A stretch of 64,000 bases of DNA, taken from positions 96,001 to 160,000 of the forward strand of contig JBPCLO010000026.1 in the NCBI GenBank assembly GCA_051003155.1, in the 5' to 3' direction. Position numbers and translations under genes: made by a program. The notes under the pieces were generated by a model. The model did not search any database. It was not told where the DNA came from and saw only the letters and a list, made by a program, of their open reading frames with translations. Below are positions 30,439 through 40,560 of the stretch, piece after piece. This DNA is from Fimbriimonadales bacterium (GTDB taxonomy: Bacteria > Armatimonadota > Fimbriimonadia > Fimbriimonadales > ATM1). Each line of letters opens with the position of its first letter. Positions within the stretch are counted from its first letter, which is position 1.

Positions 30439-30472
30439 TGCCAAGCGCGTCGCCAAGCTCCTCGGAATTTAA
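30275..30472 (+). CDS. rpmI: 50S ribosomal protein L35
   Basis: KLKTSKTAAKRFKISGTGKILRRKAYNSH...KS..QKRRL. Confidence 0.95.
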   Translation: MGNKLKTSKTAAKRFKISGTGKILRRKAYNSHMFFHKSGSQKRRLENEPELAKGDAKRVAKLLGI

Positions 30473-30514
30473 CCGCCAAGAGACTTTCACGGAAAACCGG
30501 CGTAGTATGGTGCG

Positions 30515-31213
30515 ATGTTGACCTGCTGCGCTTTTCTTCTTTTGGCGATATCCGCCCAGCCGGATACGCTGGACGGTGTCACTTTCGCTAAATCGAAGTC
30601 TAAGCTCTACGCGAGCGTCGCCGAGATCGGCAAGGCGTTCGATTTGTCCGTGGCATACCGGAAAGGTGTCGCGTACCTGAATGAAAAACCCATCCCTTTG
30701 AATTCGAAAGAGCTGATCTCCGGGACAAAGCTCATCGCCCTGAGCGAACTCGAACGCTGGGGGGCGACCACATCTTGGCAGCCGGATCGCAAGGCTGCAC
30801 TGGTCGAGATCGGAGACAAGCAGGTCTACGTGCGCCTTGGGCAGAAACGCGCCGTCGTAAACAAATCTGAGCAGGAACTCAAGGCCTGGCAGGGCCGGCG
30901 AGTGGTCTTCGCGTCGAAGGTCAGCACAGGGCGTCGCGGCTACAGAACCCCCTCGGGCGTCTTCGATGCCGGACCGTACAAGGCCAGAATGCATCGCTCT
31001 CGGCTCTACGATAACGCGCCGATGCCGTGGAGTGTTCAAGTGGAGGGCGACGTCTTTGTGCACGGCTTCAAGAGAGTGCGGGGCAGGCCGGCATCGCACG
31101 GCTGCATTCGTCTGCCGATGAACCGAAACAATCCGGCAAAATGGTTCTACGAATGGGTCGAGGTCGGTACGCCGATTTCGATTTCAGGAAAGTGGCCCGC
31201 CAGAACACGGTAG
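30515..31213 (+). CDS. L,D-transpeptidase family protein
   Basis: VSTG...TP.G, APMPW, HG...PASHGCIRL. Confidence 0.9.
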   Translation: MLTCCAFLLLAISAQPDTLDGVTFAKSKSKLYASVAEIGKAFDLSVAYRKGVAYLNEKPIPLNSKELISGTKLIALSELERWGATTSWQPDRKAALVEIGDKQVYVRLGQKRAVVNKSEQELKAWQGRRVVFASKVSTGRRGYRTPSGVFDAGPYKARMHRSRLYDNAPMPWSVQVEGDVFVHGFKRVRGRPASHGCIRLPMNRNNPAKWFYEWVEVGTPISISGKWPARTR

Positions 31214-31220
31214 GCGCCTC

Positions 31221-32129
31221 GTGGGGGAAATCGTGGGGAAATTCGTAGTAAAAGCCGAAGCACAAAAGGATCCACCGCGCACGATATCGCGACGTACCCT
31301 AATTACACGCGGCCTCGTCGCGGCCGCCGGGCTCTCCGTTCTCGATGCGATTCTGGTCGAACCCAGGTGGCTCGCTTTGGAGACCGTCGAAGTTCCCATC
31401 GAGGACCTCCCTGCCCCGTTCGACGGCTACCGAATCGCGCAGCTCAGCGATTTTCACTATCCCAATTGCATAAGCGAAGGGTTTATTTGCAAGGCCTTCG
31501 CCCTGACAGCCGAGTTCAATCCCGACATTATTGCGCTGACGGGAGACTTCGTTCATTCCTACGACCGAGCTGAGCGCGACTCGCTTCCGACGCCGAGTTT
31601 GACCGGCGTTCTTGCCGGTGCGAGCGCCCCTGACGGCGTCATCGGCGTCCTGGGCAACCACGATCACTGGTTCGGAGCCTCCGGGGTGCGGGCCGAGCTT
31701 TTGAAGACGGCGGTGAAGCTCTTGGAAAACGAGAACCTCGTGGTTCGCCGGGGGTCCGACTCGATCGCGTTCTCAGGATTGGGCGATTTTTGGGAAGGCG
31801 AGATCGACCTCGACCGCACGCTCGGCGCACTGCCGCCGCATATGCCGAGGATCGTGCTGCAGCATAACCCCGATTTGGCCGAGGTCTTCCCTGCCGGCTA
31901 CCGGGTCGATTTGCAGCTCTCCGGCCATACCCATGGCGGCCAAATTCGCGTGCCGTTCGGACCCGCCCCGCTGGTCCCGAGCAAATATGGAAACAAGTAC
32001 CGTCAAGGGTTGGTTCAGGGGCCGCGCCATCCGGTTTACATCTCTCGGGGAATCGGGGTCTCGAGCCCGATTCCTCTGCGCTTTTGGTGCCGCCCGGAGG
32101 TCAGCGGCATTATTCTGCGGGCGGCCTGA
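31221..32129 (+). CDS. Metallophosphoesterase (YkuE-like) with Tat-like motif
   Basis: SRRTLI; SDFH, TGDF, GNHD, HNPD, SGHTHGGQ; exact start uncertain. Confidence 0.9.
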   Translation: MGEIVGKFVVKAEAQKDPPRTISRRTLITRGLVAAAGLSVLDAILVEPRWLALETVEVPIEDLPAPFDGYRIAQLSDFHYPNCISEGFICKAFALTAEFNPDIIALTGDFVHSYDRAERDSLPTPSLTGVLAGASAPDGVIGVLGNHDHWFGASGVRAELLKTAVKLLENENLVVRRGSDSIAFSGLGDFWEGEIDLDRTLGALPPHMPRIVLQHNPDLAEVFPAGYRVDLQLSGHTHGGQIRVPFGPAPLVPSKYGNKYRQGLVQGPRHPVYISRGIGVSSPIPLRFWCRPEVSGIILRAA

Positions 32130-32680
32130 TGCTGTTCGCGACCCCGTTGCTTCAGATTGGCGCCGCCGCCCTCATAGCGTATCAGGGTCCGCGCTTGCGG
32201 TCGACGACCGTAGAGCTGAGCACCGCGCACTCCTATAAAGTGTTGGGCACGAGTCAAATACGGCTCGGAACTGCGGCCGGCATTGAATGGGGTCGGCGTT
32301 CTCGCGCTCTCTCGCTTCAAGGGCACCCCGGTATCCTCGCGCAGGAGACCGCCTATTTGCGCCTCATGCGCAGTTTTCGCGGAGACGAGGGGTTCAACGC
32401 CCTCGTCGCTGGCGTCGGCAGCCGATGGATCGGCGGCGGGAAGCATCTTAAGAACATATACTTCGAGGCAGGGACCGGGGTCAGTATCTCTGACGGGGTG
32501 TCGCTCGACGTTAATTCGCACTTCAGCTTCGTATCGTTCGTAGGCGCCGGCTTCTATTTTTCGTCCGCGCCGCGTGCCAATCGAGCTGGGCTTCGATGGA
32601 TTCATGTTAGCAACGCGAACCTCGATCCGCCCAATCGGGGCCTCAACCAATTCGAGGTTGTGGTTGGCGTTCGATACTAA
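32129..32680 (+). CDS. Acyloxyacyl hydrolase / PagL-like outer-membrane beta-barrel
   Basis: YFEAGTG, HVSNANLDPPNRGLN, C-terminal aromatic residue. Confidence 0.8.
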   Translation: MLFATPLLQIGAAALIAYQGPRLRSTTVELSTAHSYKVLGTSQIRLGTAAGIEWGRRSRALSLQGHPGILAQETAYLRLMRSFRGDEGFNALVAGVGSRWIGGGKHLKNIYFEAGTGVSISDGVSLDVNSHFSFVSFVGAGFYFSSAPRANRAGLRWIHVSNANLDPPNRGLNQFEVVVGVRY

Positions 32681-32826
32681 TGCGTCGGTGACCGGCGCAT
32701 CTTTCGCGTAAGCGTCCTCGTACAGCGCCCCCTGGATCGTCGCTCCGGGCATGAGGTGAATTTCGAACTTTTAGGACGGAGCGCTTGCCTACTTCTCCGT
32801 GGTTTGGGGCCGGTGGAGTGTCCCTG
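32680..32826 (-). pseudogene. Frameshifted 3' fragment of a homolog of the 38460-40523 gene
   Basis: GKRSVLK / FEIHLMPGATIQGALYED versus GKRSVLKFKIGLTADASIEGVLYDD. Confidence 0.7.
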
Positions 32827-33918
32827 TCAATCCTCAAACCCGTGCGACTCGAACTTGAGGTCGCGGCTGTTCTGAGTGACGACGCGAACAACTTCCTCCG
32901 ACGCGCCTTCGAGAACCCGAGCCTCGATCTCCAGCGTCACTTGAACATCCGCCCCGAGAAGCCCGGATAAATGCGAGATGACTTCTTCCGCTACTCGCGA
33001 AGCGTCACGACCAACGCGTGCCGGGTCAAGCTTTACGCTACCGTGATACCGGGTGGGCTGCGTTTTCGCCTTCGTCGCGTCGTCCGAATCCCCGGAGGAG
33101 ACCCCTTCGCCTGGCGCGGGTCCGTTAGCGCTAGCTTCCCTCCCCGCGTCGCCGCTACCTGGCCGAGGCGCCTCCTCGTTTGATTGCTTGAGCGCAACGT
33201 CTGAGCGAACGAGAAGGCCGTCAGGAATGTCGGTTCCAAGCGAAACTAAGCGCCCGCAAACCAACCCTCGATAGCGGCCCGCGGTCTCGTCATATGAGTC
33301 AGCGTATGCGAACGAATCTTGAGTCCACGTAAGTAGCTTCACCCCATCTTGTATAGCGATCAGGAGGAGGCCTGGAACCTTTAGGCGCGGCAAGTAGAGA
33401 TACTTGGCAAAGTAATTGACCACATCGCCGATCGCCACGTGGCTCTTGTCGTTGCCATCGGGCGCGAGCAAGATCAACTCGCCCTTTTTTACTTTCTGCA
33501 GCGTCTCCGGGGATTTCAGCCATTTTTTGTAACGCGCAGTTTCCCTTCGTTCCAATGCCTCGGATCGGGCGTCCAACGGAGTTGGATTAGCTTTAGGCAC
33601 GTACTCTTCGCGAATAATATCGCAGCCGCGCACCGACACGTCATGTCCGCTGGCCTCGGCCGGCTCCCGCCTCGATTGAAGGAACCTCGGATAAATATCC
33701 CCTTGAAGTTCATCTAGCACCTGCGGAGCAGCTATTTGTATGGCTGTCAGGAACCGCTGCCGCGCATCCTGGGTAGCCACGTTGGGTCCACTCGGGTCGG
33801 GTTTGTAATATTCGCCGAAAGCGAGGCGGTCGTCGAAGACTCCACCATTGGGCCACGGCCACTGGCCTTGTTTCTGACTATCGGTGTACCGATTCTGTGC
33901 CGACTCGCCGTTACTCAT
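32827..33918 (-). pseudogene. Chimeric ORF whose C-terminal ~200 aa is the C-terminus of a DUF499-type AAA+ defence ATPase
   Basis: FAKYLYLPRL, LLTW..DSFAYADSYDE..GRY.GL, RYHGSVKLDP.R, LEIEA, V..NSR.LKF...GFE; no Walker motifs. Confidence 0.7.
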
Positions 33919-33997
33919 GGAAAGATAGTGTACCTCCGTCTACCGAATGTCTCCGCCCTGCATTCGGACAGGCATGCCAATTGTCCTCAACCCACGT

Positions 33998-34290
33998 TCA
34001 GTCGGCGAGAGTCCACTTCACCTGATCGACGCGGGCGAACCACGGGTAGACGAATACCGGCCCTTGCGTCTTGTACGCGATCCTCGATCGCAGTTCCAAA
34101 TTGGGCCGATAAACCGCTCCGGGTTGGACGTTACGACGACGACAACCGTCGAATCGGACGTCATCGCGGTGCTCGTGTTCAGCGTCTCGTAGGCTTGCGT
34201 GTCGAAGTTGTAGAGTGCGATTCTTTGCGAGATATTGGGCACGCTGCAATGCGCCCCCACCGAAAACTCGAGTCTCGGGTTTTTATGCCT
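33998..34290 (-). pseudogene. Frameshifted fragment of the shared C-terminal domain seen in 43185-44786
   Basis: QRIALYNFDTQAYETLNT...ERFI / RSRIAYKTQGPVFVYPWFARVDQVKW versus QKIDLYNFTANAYETLDT...RARISYRSTSATFQYPWTAGVD. Confidence 0.75.
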
Positions 34291-34331
34291 GTGTACAATG
34301 AAGTCACTGCATCTGGAAAGGACGTCTATCC

Positions 34332-37259
34332 ATGAAGCGAATGACAAAACTATTACCGATTTGGCCGGTGTTGATCGCAGCAAGTTTGATGTGCCAAGAA
34401 GCGCAGGCGGCGCCTCCTCAGACTAAAACTAAACAACCTGCGAAACCCGCAGCAAAACTGATTACTGCCGCCGCCCCGACCACGACGGTTGTCGATGAGC
34501 CAATCGGCGCGCGCTCGTCGCTGGGCGTGACGTTGTGGCACATGGGACACAACGTGGAGATGATTCACAAGTTCCACGACTTCCTCACGCAACGGGCGCT
34601 CAAGCCGGATCAGTTCCTAACGGCTCGCCAGGTGCCACCAAAGGACACCAGTCGCATTCTGCTCGAACCCAAACGGCTGGCGCCGGACAGGGCGTGCGGT
34701 TGGAAGGCGCAGGGGGAGTACTTGACGAGCGCCCCCCAAGATGCCGGGCCGACCGTGTCGTTTCCGCTGCGCGTTGATCGAACCGGTCTCTATCGTTTAT
34801 GGATTCGCTACTATGGATGGCCCACCGGCACCGGAGTGACGAGCCTGAAAATTTATCGCGCCGGGCGCGACAACGAAGGGCCGGTGTGGGATGATGAAAT
34901 CTTCGACTACGCCGTCGAGAAAGAAGGCCCAACCTGGAAAGACGTGGTGCTGGATTTAGGTGCCGGTGAATATGTGGTGCGCCTGGGTCACATCACGCGC
35001 TGGTGGCACGCCGGAGCAGGCCCCAAAAGTTATCTAGAGCGTAGAATCGATTGCCTGTATTTCACTGATGAATTGTGGAGCGAAGCACCTGCTGAGACAG
35101 ATTTAAAAACGTTGCGCGATATGATTCCCGTCGGGGAAATTCAAACTATCGCGCATCCCGCTCTCTCACGCGAGGAGTACTCTGTCTGGCAGTGGTGGCA
35201 AATACGGCCCGTGCCGTGGGAACGCGCCGCTGCACAGCCTCAACTTTTTGCTCTCAGCCGCGAATTCTGGCGCCGTGAGATCAACAGGCTCGCGGCGCAG
35301 GATTACAAAGATAAATTGCCCGATTATCGCGCCCCCGTGCGCCAGATTATTTTTGACGATACTTGGAACCTGGTCGGCAATCCGGTTGAGATTCGACGCC
35401 ACATCGAGGCTTTGCGAAGCGATGTGAGCGCTCTGCCCTCGCCGCATCATAACTACTGGTTGCAGGCGGGTGATTTTAAAAAGCTCGAAGGCCAATGGGA
35501 GCGGTCGGGGACTTCGCTGCGCGCCAACTATGGCGATTTCGCAGGCGCGGCCAGCACCGATTTGCCGATAGAAAATAAAGGTAAGTACTCCGTCTGGGTG
35601 CGGCCTGGCAATGCCGAAGGATATTTCGCTCCCTGGCGCCTGAAGGTGAGCATTGCACCAGACAATGCACTTGCCTTCGATTACGACCAGCAAAATTACG
35701 CCGAGGATTGGATCAAGGCCGGCGAGATCGAAGTGCTAAAGCCCGGCAAAGTCCAGTTCGAGGTCACGCCTCTGGGCTATAAAGCCCCAGCCACGTATCG
35801 CGTCATCCATGACTTTTTTCTGACCACTGATCCCCAGTACGTGCCCAAAGGCAGCGTGCGTCCGCCGCTCACTAAAGGTCGATACGCAGCGCGCGCCCGG
35901 GCCGCCGGAGCAGGCGAGAAGGATCGCTATCTGCTCTGGGTTTTCGAGAACGCTTATACCCCGCTTTTGCAGGAAGTCTGGAACGATCAAGCATGGCCCC
36001 GGCGGGGGCAGGCAGTACTCCCTGCTAAAGAGATCGCCCTCGCGCGCGACTCCCGCCGCGCCGTTCAGATCGGATTGCGTAATTTGGGTGACAAGCCGAT
36101 CACGCTGCGTGTCGCTGGCGGCCTGTTGCGGGGTGCCGCCGGAGAATTCAAAAACAAAATCAGTTGGCGCGTAATCGGCTTTGCGCCTTATGGTCAGGGT
36201 CGCCAGGATTGGAGTCCTTTCGTCCTGCTACGCCGCCGCGAGGTGACGATTCCGCCGCTGAATGTGGCGGGCGTCTGGCTCACTATCGACAGCACGGGAG
36301 TGCCGCCGGGCCGCTACACAGCGCAAGTCCCTTTCAGCGGCGAGAACCTGCCGTCGCGCAATGTGGCGCTTCAAGTGCAAGTGGCGCCGGTTCAAATTGC
36401 GCCGCGCCAGCCGATCTTAGTTGGCGGCTACACCAACCCGCCCGAAGGGGAAGTTTATGCGCGCGATTACAGTGAGCACGGCATGAACATCTGGTATAGC
36501 GACATCAGCAAAGCCGAGATGCAAAAGCGCGGCATTCGCCTCCTCACGCTGCCGATGTGGGCCGCCACCGAAGACCAGGTTCGCGCCCGCATCGCGCGGC
36601 TTAAAGCGCTGGGACTGGAGTACTCCGACTGGGTATTCACTATCCTCGACGAGCCATCGGGTGACACAGAAGAAAAGCTGAAACCGTTTCTGGATGTTGC
36701 CAGAACCATTCGCGCCGTCGATCCTCAGGTGCGCATCTCATTCAACCCGAGCGAGGCGGCCAAGTTGGAGACTTTCGAAATGCTCGATCCCTGGGCCGAT
36801 TTCTGGCTGCCCTACTCTTTGCATCTGTCTCATCCACCACAGACGGCTGCGGCCAAGCAGGCGATTTACACGACCAAGCCGTGGATGTGGTACACCACGC
36901 CCTGCTACTGGGATAAAGCGCCCGACTATCCGGCGAACATTTACGCGCAGATTCGCTCGGTGCCCGCCCAACTGGGCGATGTTCGCGGCACCGCGTTCTT
37001 CGCCTTCTACTATCCCTTCCGCGATCCGTGGGACACCGCCCATGAGCATCTGCCCGATGTCTCGGTTCATGTCCTCCCATCGCGCCACGGGCCTATAGCG
37101 ACGCGGGCCTGGGAAGCGATTGAAGAAGCGATTCAGGATGCGAACCTGGCGCAGATGGTGAAAGAGAAAAGTGGGGCACAGCGCGACGATCCAGCTATCA
37201 AGAAATTGATTAGCGAAGGTGACATCGCCAGCCTGGCTGCATGGTTGGCGAAAAAATAA
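34332..37259 (+). CDS. Large secreted hypothetical protein, possibly carbohydrate-active (GH123/DUF4091-like C-terminus)
   Basis: Signal peptide, Trp-rich, GKYSVWVR-type beta-sandwich repeats, ILDEP motif; family call tentative. Confidence 0.7.
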   Translation: MKRMTKLLPIWPVLIAASLMCQEAQAAPPQTKTKQPAKPAAKLITAAAPTTTVVDEPIGARSSLGVTLWHMGHNVEMIHKFHDFLTQRALKPDQFLTARQVPPKDTSRILLEPKRLAPDRACGWKAQGEYLTSAPQDAGPTVSFPLRVDRTGLYRLWIRYYGWPTGTGVTSLKIYRAGRDNEGPVWDDEIFDYAVEKEGPTWKDVVLDLGAGEYVVRLGHITRWWHAGAGPKSYLERRIDCLYFTDELWSEAPAETDLKTLRDMIPVGEIQTIAHPALSREEYSVWQWWQIRPVPWERAAAQPQLFALSREFWRREINRLAAQDYKDKLPDYRAPVRQIIFDDTWNLVGNPVEIRRHIEALRSDVSALPSPHHNYWLQAGDFKKLEGQWERSGTSLRANYGDFAGAASTDLPIENKGKYSVWVRPGNAEGYFAPWRLKVSIAPDNALAFDYDQQNYAEDWIKAGEIEVLKPGKVQFEVTPLGYKAPATYRVIHDFFLTTDPQYVPKGSVRPPLTKGRYAARARAAGAGEKDRYLLWVFENAYTPLLQEVWNDQAWPRRGQAVLPAKEIALARDSRRAVQIGLRNLGDKPITLRVAGGLLRGAAGEFKNKISWRVIGFAPYGQGRQDWSPFVLLRRREVTIPPLNVAGVWLTIDSTGVPPGRYTAQVPFSGENLPSRNVALQVQVAPVQIAPRQPILVGGYTNPPEGEVYARDYSEHGMNIWYSDISKAEMQKRGIRLLTLPMWAATEDQVRARIARLKALGLEYSDWVFTILDEPSGDTEEKLKPFLDVARTIRAVDPQVRISFNPSEAAKLETFEMLDPWADFWLPYSLHLSHPPQTAAAKQAIYTTKPWMWYTTPCYWDKAPDYPANIYAQIRSVPAQLGDVRGTAFFAFYYPFRDPWDTAHEHLPDVSVHVLPSRHGPIATRAWEAIEEAIQDANLAQMVKEKSGAQRDDPAIKKLISEGDIASLAAWLAKK

Positions 37260-38083
37260 ACCGACTCCGCTCGGCTGCTTTTGATCGCCGATAGCGCGGC
37301 AGTACTCCTTTGCAACTCTCTCTATCGACGCAGGCTGCGCCGCCGAGCACTCGCCACCATCCGCTGAATTTAAGTTTATTCGAGCGCAGCTCTGAGGCGG
37401 CTTTCGTCTGGGAGCGCCATCTGCTGCGCCTGCGCTGGGGTAACAAATCGGTCGGGCTCGCAACGGGCTTGCCCACCGGCAATGAAGCGCACTGGTGGGA
37501 AACCTGCCGCATGGTGATTCTCGAAGAAACGTCGCAATGCCGCACAGTCGAGATGGGCGGCTATATTCCTCTCGTGCAAACTGGAATGGATGAGCTTAGC
37601 GGCTGCCAGCGCAAACGCACATGCACAAACGCCAATCAAACGGTGCACGAATACCGTGGTCGCTTTTATCTCGCCACGGACCGCCGCGGCCATCGATATC
37701 ATGTTAGGTAACGCTTTTTCAGTTTTCATTCCTCTCCCGCACCGCTTTTCAGTCGAGCGTGTACATAAGGCCCCCGCTGGCCCACGCACACGGCTGCGCC
37801 ATTGGGCGCTAAGCAAGCCAACCTGCCCCTCCGACCGGCGTTTCAACTGGGCGCCAAGCACCCGCGGTAAGCTTCCCATCGCCCTCAGCTCTTCGACGTA
37901 GACCTTGCACTTTCGGCGACAGCGCGTTTCACCGAAATTGCGACCGTCGAGTATGTGGTTATCGGATCGGGCTGCGCTAAGGTCACGCCGCTCAGGGTGT
38001 CGGTAGTGAACATGCATCCAGCGAATCGCTTCATAGTGGGCCACCCAATCTGCCGACGGTCCAAAGCCCGGCGAAAGTTCACG

Positions 38084-38191
38084 ATCGTGGCGGGTCGGGC
38101 TTTCCGCCGAACCAGGGCAACTTCGTCTTCTTCAGGGCTTCGACACGCTTTCGTATCCGCGCTTGGAACTCGGCCGGCAGCGCGCTCGTCG
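38084..38191 (-). pseudogene. Diverged copy of the 3' end of the 40561-42798 gene
   Basis: Aligns with about 40564-40673, including synonymous changes (CGT/CGC, CTG/TTG). Confidence 0.88.
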
Positions 38192-38463
38192 CCGGCGTCG
38201 GAGTCCGCTGGATCGCCGCCGGCCGGCAATTGAAGGACGCGTATTTCGAAGCGGGAACCGGTCTAACTCTTTCCGACGGCGTATCGCTCGATGTGAACTC
38301 CCACTTCAGCTTTATCTCCTTCGTAGGGGGAGGCTTCTACCTCAGTTCGCGGCCGAATGCGAACCGCGTCGGGCTCCGCTGGATCCACGTCAGCAACGCC
38401 AACTTGGACCCGCCCAATCGCGGCCTCAACCAGTTCGAGTTCGTCGTCGGCGTCCGATATTAG
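38181..38463 (+). pseudogene. 3' half of a second PagL-like gene
   Basis: ALVAGVGVRW...YFEAGTG...HVSNANLDPPNRGLNQFEFVVGVRY; protein near-identical to 32129-32680 with many synonymous DNA differences. Confidence 0.88.
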
Positions 38464-40523
38464 CCGCCGTGCAGCATCTTGTGCAACGACCTAAGCTTTT
38501 CCAAATGGCGGTCGACTCTGTCCAAGAAGCTTCGCGGCAACGCATCATTTCGGATTAGTTCGCCATCCTTGGGAACCCGGTCGTCGTACAGAACCCCTTC
38601 GATCGATGCGTCCGCGGTAAGACCGATCTTGAACTTGAGTACAGAGCGTTTGCCTAGTCCTCCGATAAGGTTCAGCGGTACGGTCTCCCCACTCATTGTG
38701 AAGCTTTGCGATGCCAAATCCGTAGGGGACATGGGCCCGCGATAAGTCCGCTTCTCACCTTCGCGGTGACTTGGATAGAAGGCGTCTTCCTCGCTTATCG
38801 TTAAGGTAATCGTCGCGTCGGGCGGCAGTCCCTGCGGCAACAGCTCGGTGGGCTCGTCGAGATAGTCGACGTCGTGCCGATTGAAAACGCCCAGAACAGC
38901 AAGCAAATCAGCCTCCTCGAACAAGGGCGCTCCTTCCCGAAAAACCTTGTACCGCACGTCCTTGTAGACCATAGCCGAGATCATTCGCCTCTGGGCAGCG
39001 TCGAGCGTCCTCACTGGCAGACTGCCCTCGGTGCGAAGAAAGGTGCGCTGGCTGGGAGACAAGAACGCGTACAGGCGCAGCAACTCCTGATCTGCGTAAA
39101 CATAGTTTATCGCAAAGAAACGGATGTAGTTATAGGCTAAATAGGGAAACGGAGGAGACTCTTTGACGAAGGCTGCGAGATCATCCAGGCTCGGCAGCCC
39201 CTTTTCATAGCCGGCCTTTACTAGTGCTGCGAGGACCCTTCGGTTCAATCTGCTTTCACGGGCGGCGATCAGATCGACCGGTTGTAGCTCGATCCAGCCA
39301 TCTCCATCGTTGATTGCCGTCTCGCCCCGGCTCGCCAGGGTTGCCAAGTAGGCGCTGGGCGTTATCTGGTTGCGTAACCGAACCAAGAGTTCGCTATCCG
39401 AAATATTCGCGACGAGATTCATCGATCTCGACTTCGCGACGGCCAAGAGCGCTTCGGAATCTGCGAACGACCACGGATCGTAGAGATCGGGTCGCAGGAG
39501 CCGCTGCTTGAGTCCATCGCTGATTTCGGCTGAGAGGCGGCCCAGACCGAAGAGAACGCCTGCGTGTTCTCGAGCAAGGGGGCTGAAGTCGATCGGCGCT
39601 TCGGTAGCGGACTTTGCTCGGAACGCGCCAACATCTGTTTCAACGTATGCCGCTAGTGACTCATAGTTTGATATAAGCAGACGCCCTGCCGAATCGAACA
39701 ACATCAACTCGACTCCGATTTCGTCGACGGCATATCCAGTGTCTGCGGTTACCGCCAGCAACACCTTGGAAACCGGGGCGTTGATGAACCTTCTTTCCGG
39801 CTCGACGCCAAATAGTCGGACCCATGCTTGTTCGCGCTGCTCCTCCTCGACGGTCTTTGGTTGAAGGACGGACTCCTCTTCCAACGTCTTGGCAATTTCC
39901 GATGCCCTCTTGTTGTGCTCGTCCACAAGCCCGGAAACAATTTCTCTTACATCCGGCAGCGGCCTCTGCATGCCGTTCGGCCGGTTAGAGAAAACTGTGC
40001 GCCCTTCAATATCCACGAGGACTTCCGGCTCGAGCAAAGATGCGATGCGAAAGGTCGCGTCCGAGCTCGGAGACGGCTCAGGTTCGAGGAAGTCATCCTC
40101 ATCGAAAACTTGAGGCTTGACGTTCTTCTTGGGCGCAGCGAGGTCTTCTTTGATTTTCTTTATCGATGCGGCTAGGCCTGCCAGCCTCCGCGTGCGCCTC
40201 GTCTTCCGCTCCTTCTCGAATGTCGCCTTCGAATACTTCAGCCAACGCACTCCGCCCTCGGTAGTCCATTCGCCTGAGGTCACCGTAGCCAGGCGGGACA
40301 TGAGTTCGGATAGCGGCGCCTCGGTAACTGAAATGATAACGATTTCGCTGAGGATGTCCCCGGCGACGTCGATCTTGGCTCCGGTCGCCTTGGCAATCTC
40401 CTCGACAGCGCGCTTAACAGGAACGGCGACGGTCGAATACGTGACCTTCGGGTCGGGTTCCTGCGAATAGCCAGCTAATGATACGCAGGCTGTGAGAACG
40501 GCAGCGGCAATGCGGACCATCAA
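38460..40523 (-). CDS. Secreted hypothetical protein (paralog 1)
   Basis: Signal peptide; DPKVTYSTVAVP.KRA N-terminus shared with the neighbouring gene. Confidence 0.8.
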   Translation of the reverse strand: MMVRIAAAVLTACVSLAGYSQEPDPKVTYSTVAVPVKRAVEEIAKATGAKIDVAGDILSEIVIISVTEAPLSELMSRLATVTSGEWTTEGGVRWLKYSKATFEKERKTRRTRRLAGLAASIKKIKEDLAAPKKNVKPQVFDEDDFLEPEPSPSSDATFRIASLLEPEVLVDIEGRTVFSNRPNGMQRPLPDVREIVSGLVDEHNKRASEIAKTLEEESVLQPKTVEEEQREQAWVRLFGVEPERRFINAPVSKVLLAVTADTGYAVDEIGVELMLFDSAGRLLISNYESLAAYVETDVGAFRAKSATEAPIDFSPLAREHAGVLFGLGRLSAEISDGLKQRLLRPDLYDPWSFADSEALLAVAKSRSMNLVANISDSELLVRLRNQITPSAYLATLASRGETAINDGDGWIELQPVDLIAARESRLNRRVLAALVKAGYEKGLPSLDDLAAFVKESPPFPYLAYNYIRFFAINYVYADQELLRLYAFLSPSQRTFLRTEGSLPVRTLDAAQRRMISAMVYKDVRYKVFREGAPLFEEADLLAVLGVFNRHDVDYLDEPTELLPQGLPPDATITLTISEEDAFYPSHREGEKRTYRGPMSPTDLASQSFTMSGETVPLNLIGGLGKRSVLKFKIGLTADASIEGVLYDDRVPKDGELIRNDALPRSFLDRVDRHLEKLRSLHKMLHGG

Positions 40524-40560
40524 ATTGTTACCTCCTGGAGATTCGACGGGCTATAGCCAT

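Noticed and set aside
37310..38044. Overlapping ORFs on both strands
   Set aside because: No recognisable motifs; probably debris, although an RBS-led ORF ending at 37376 cannot be excluded
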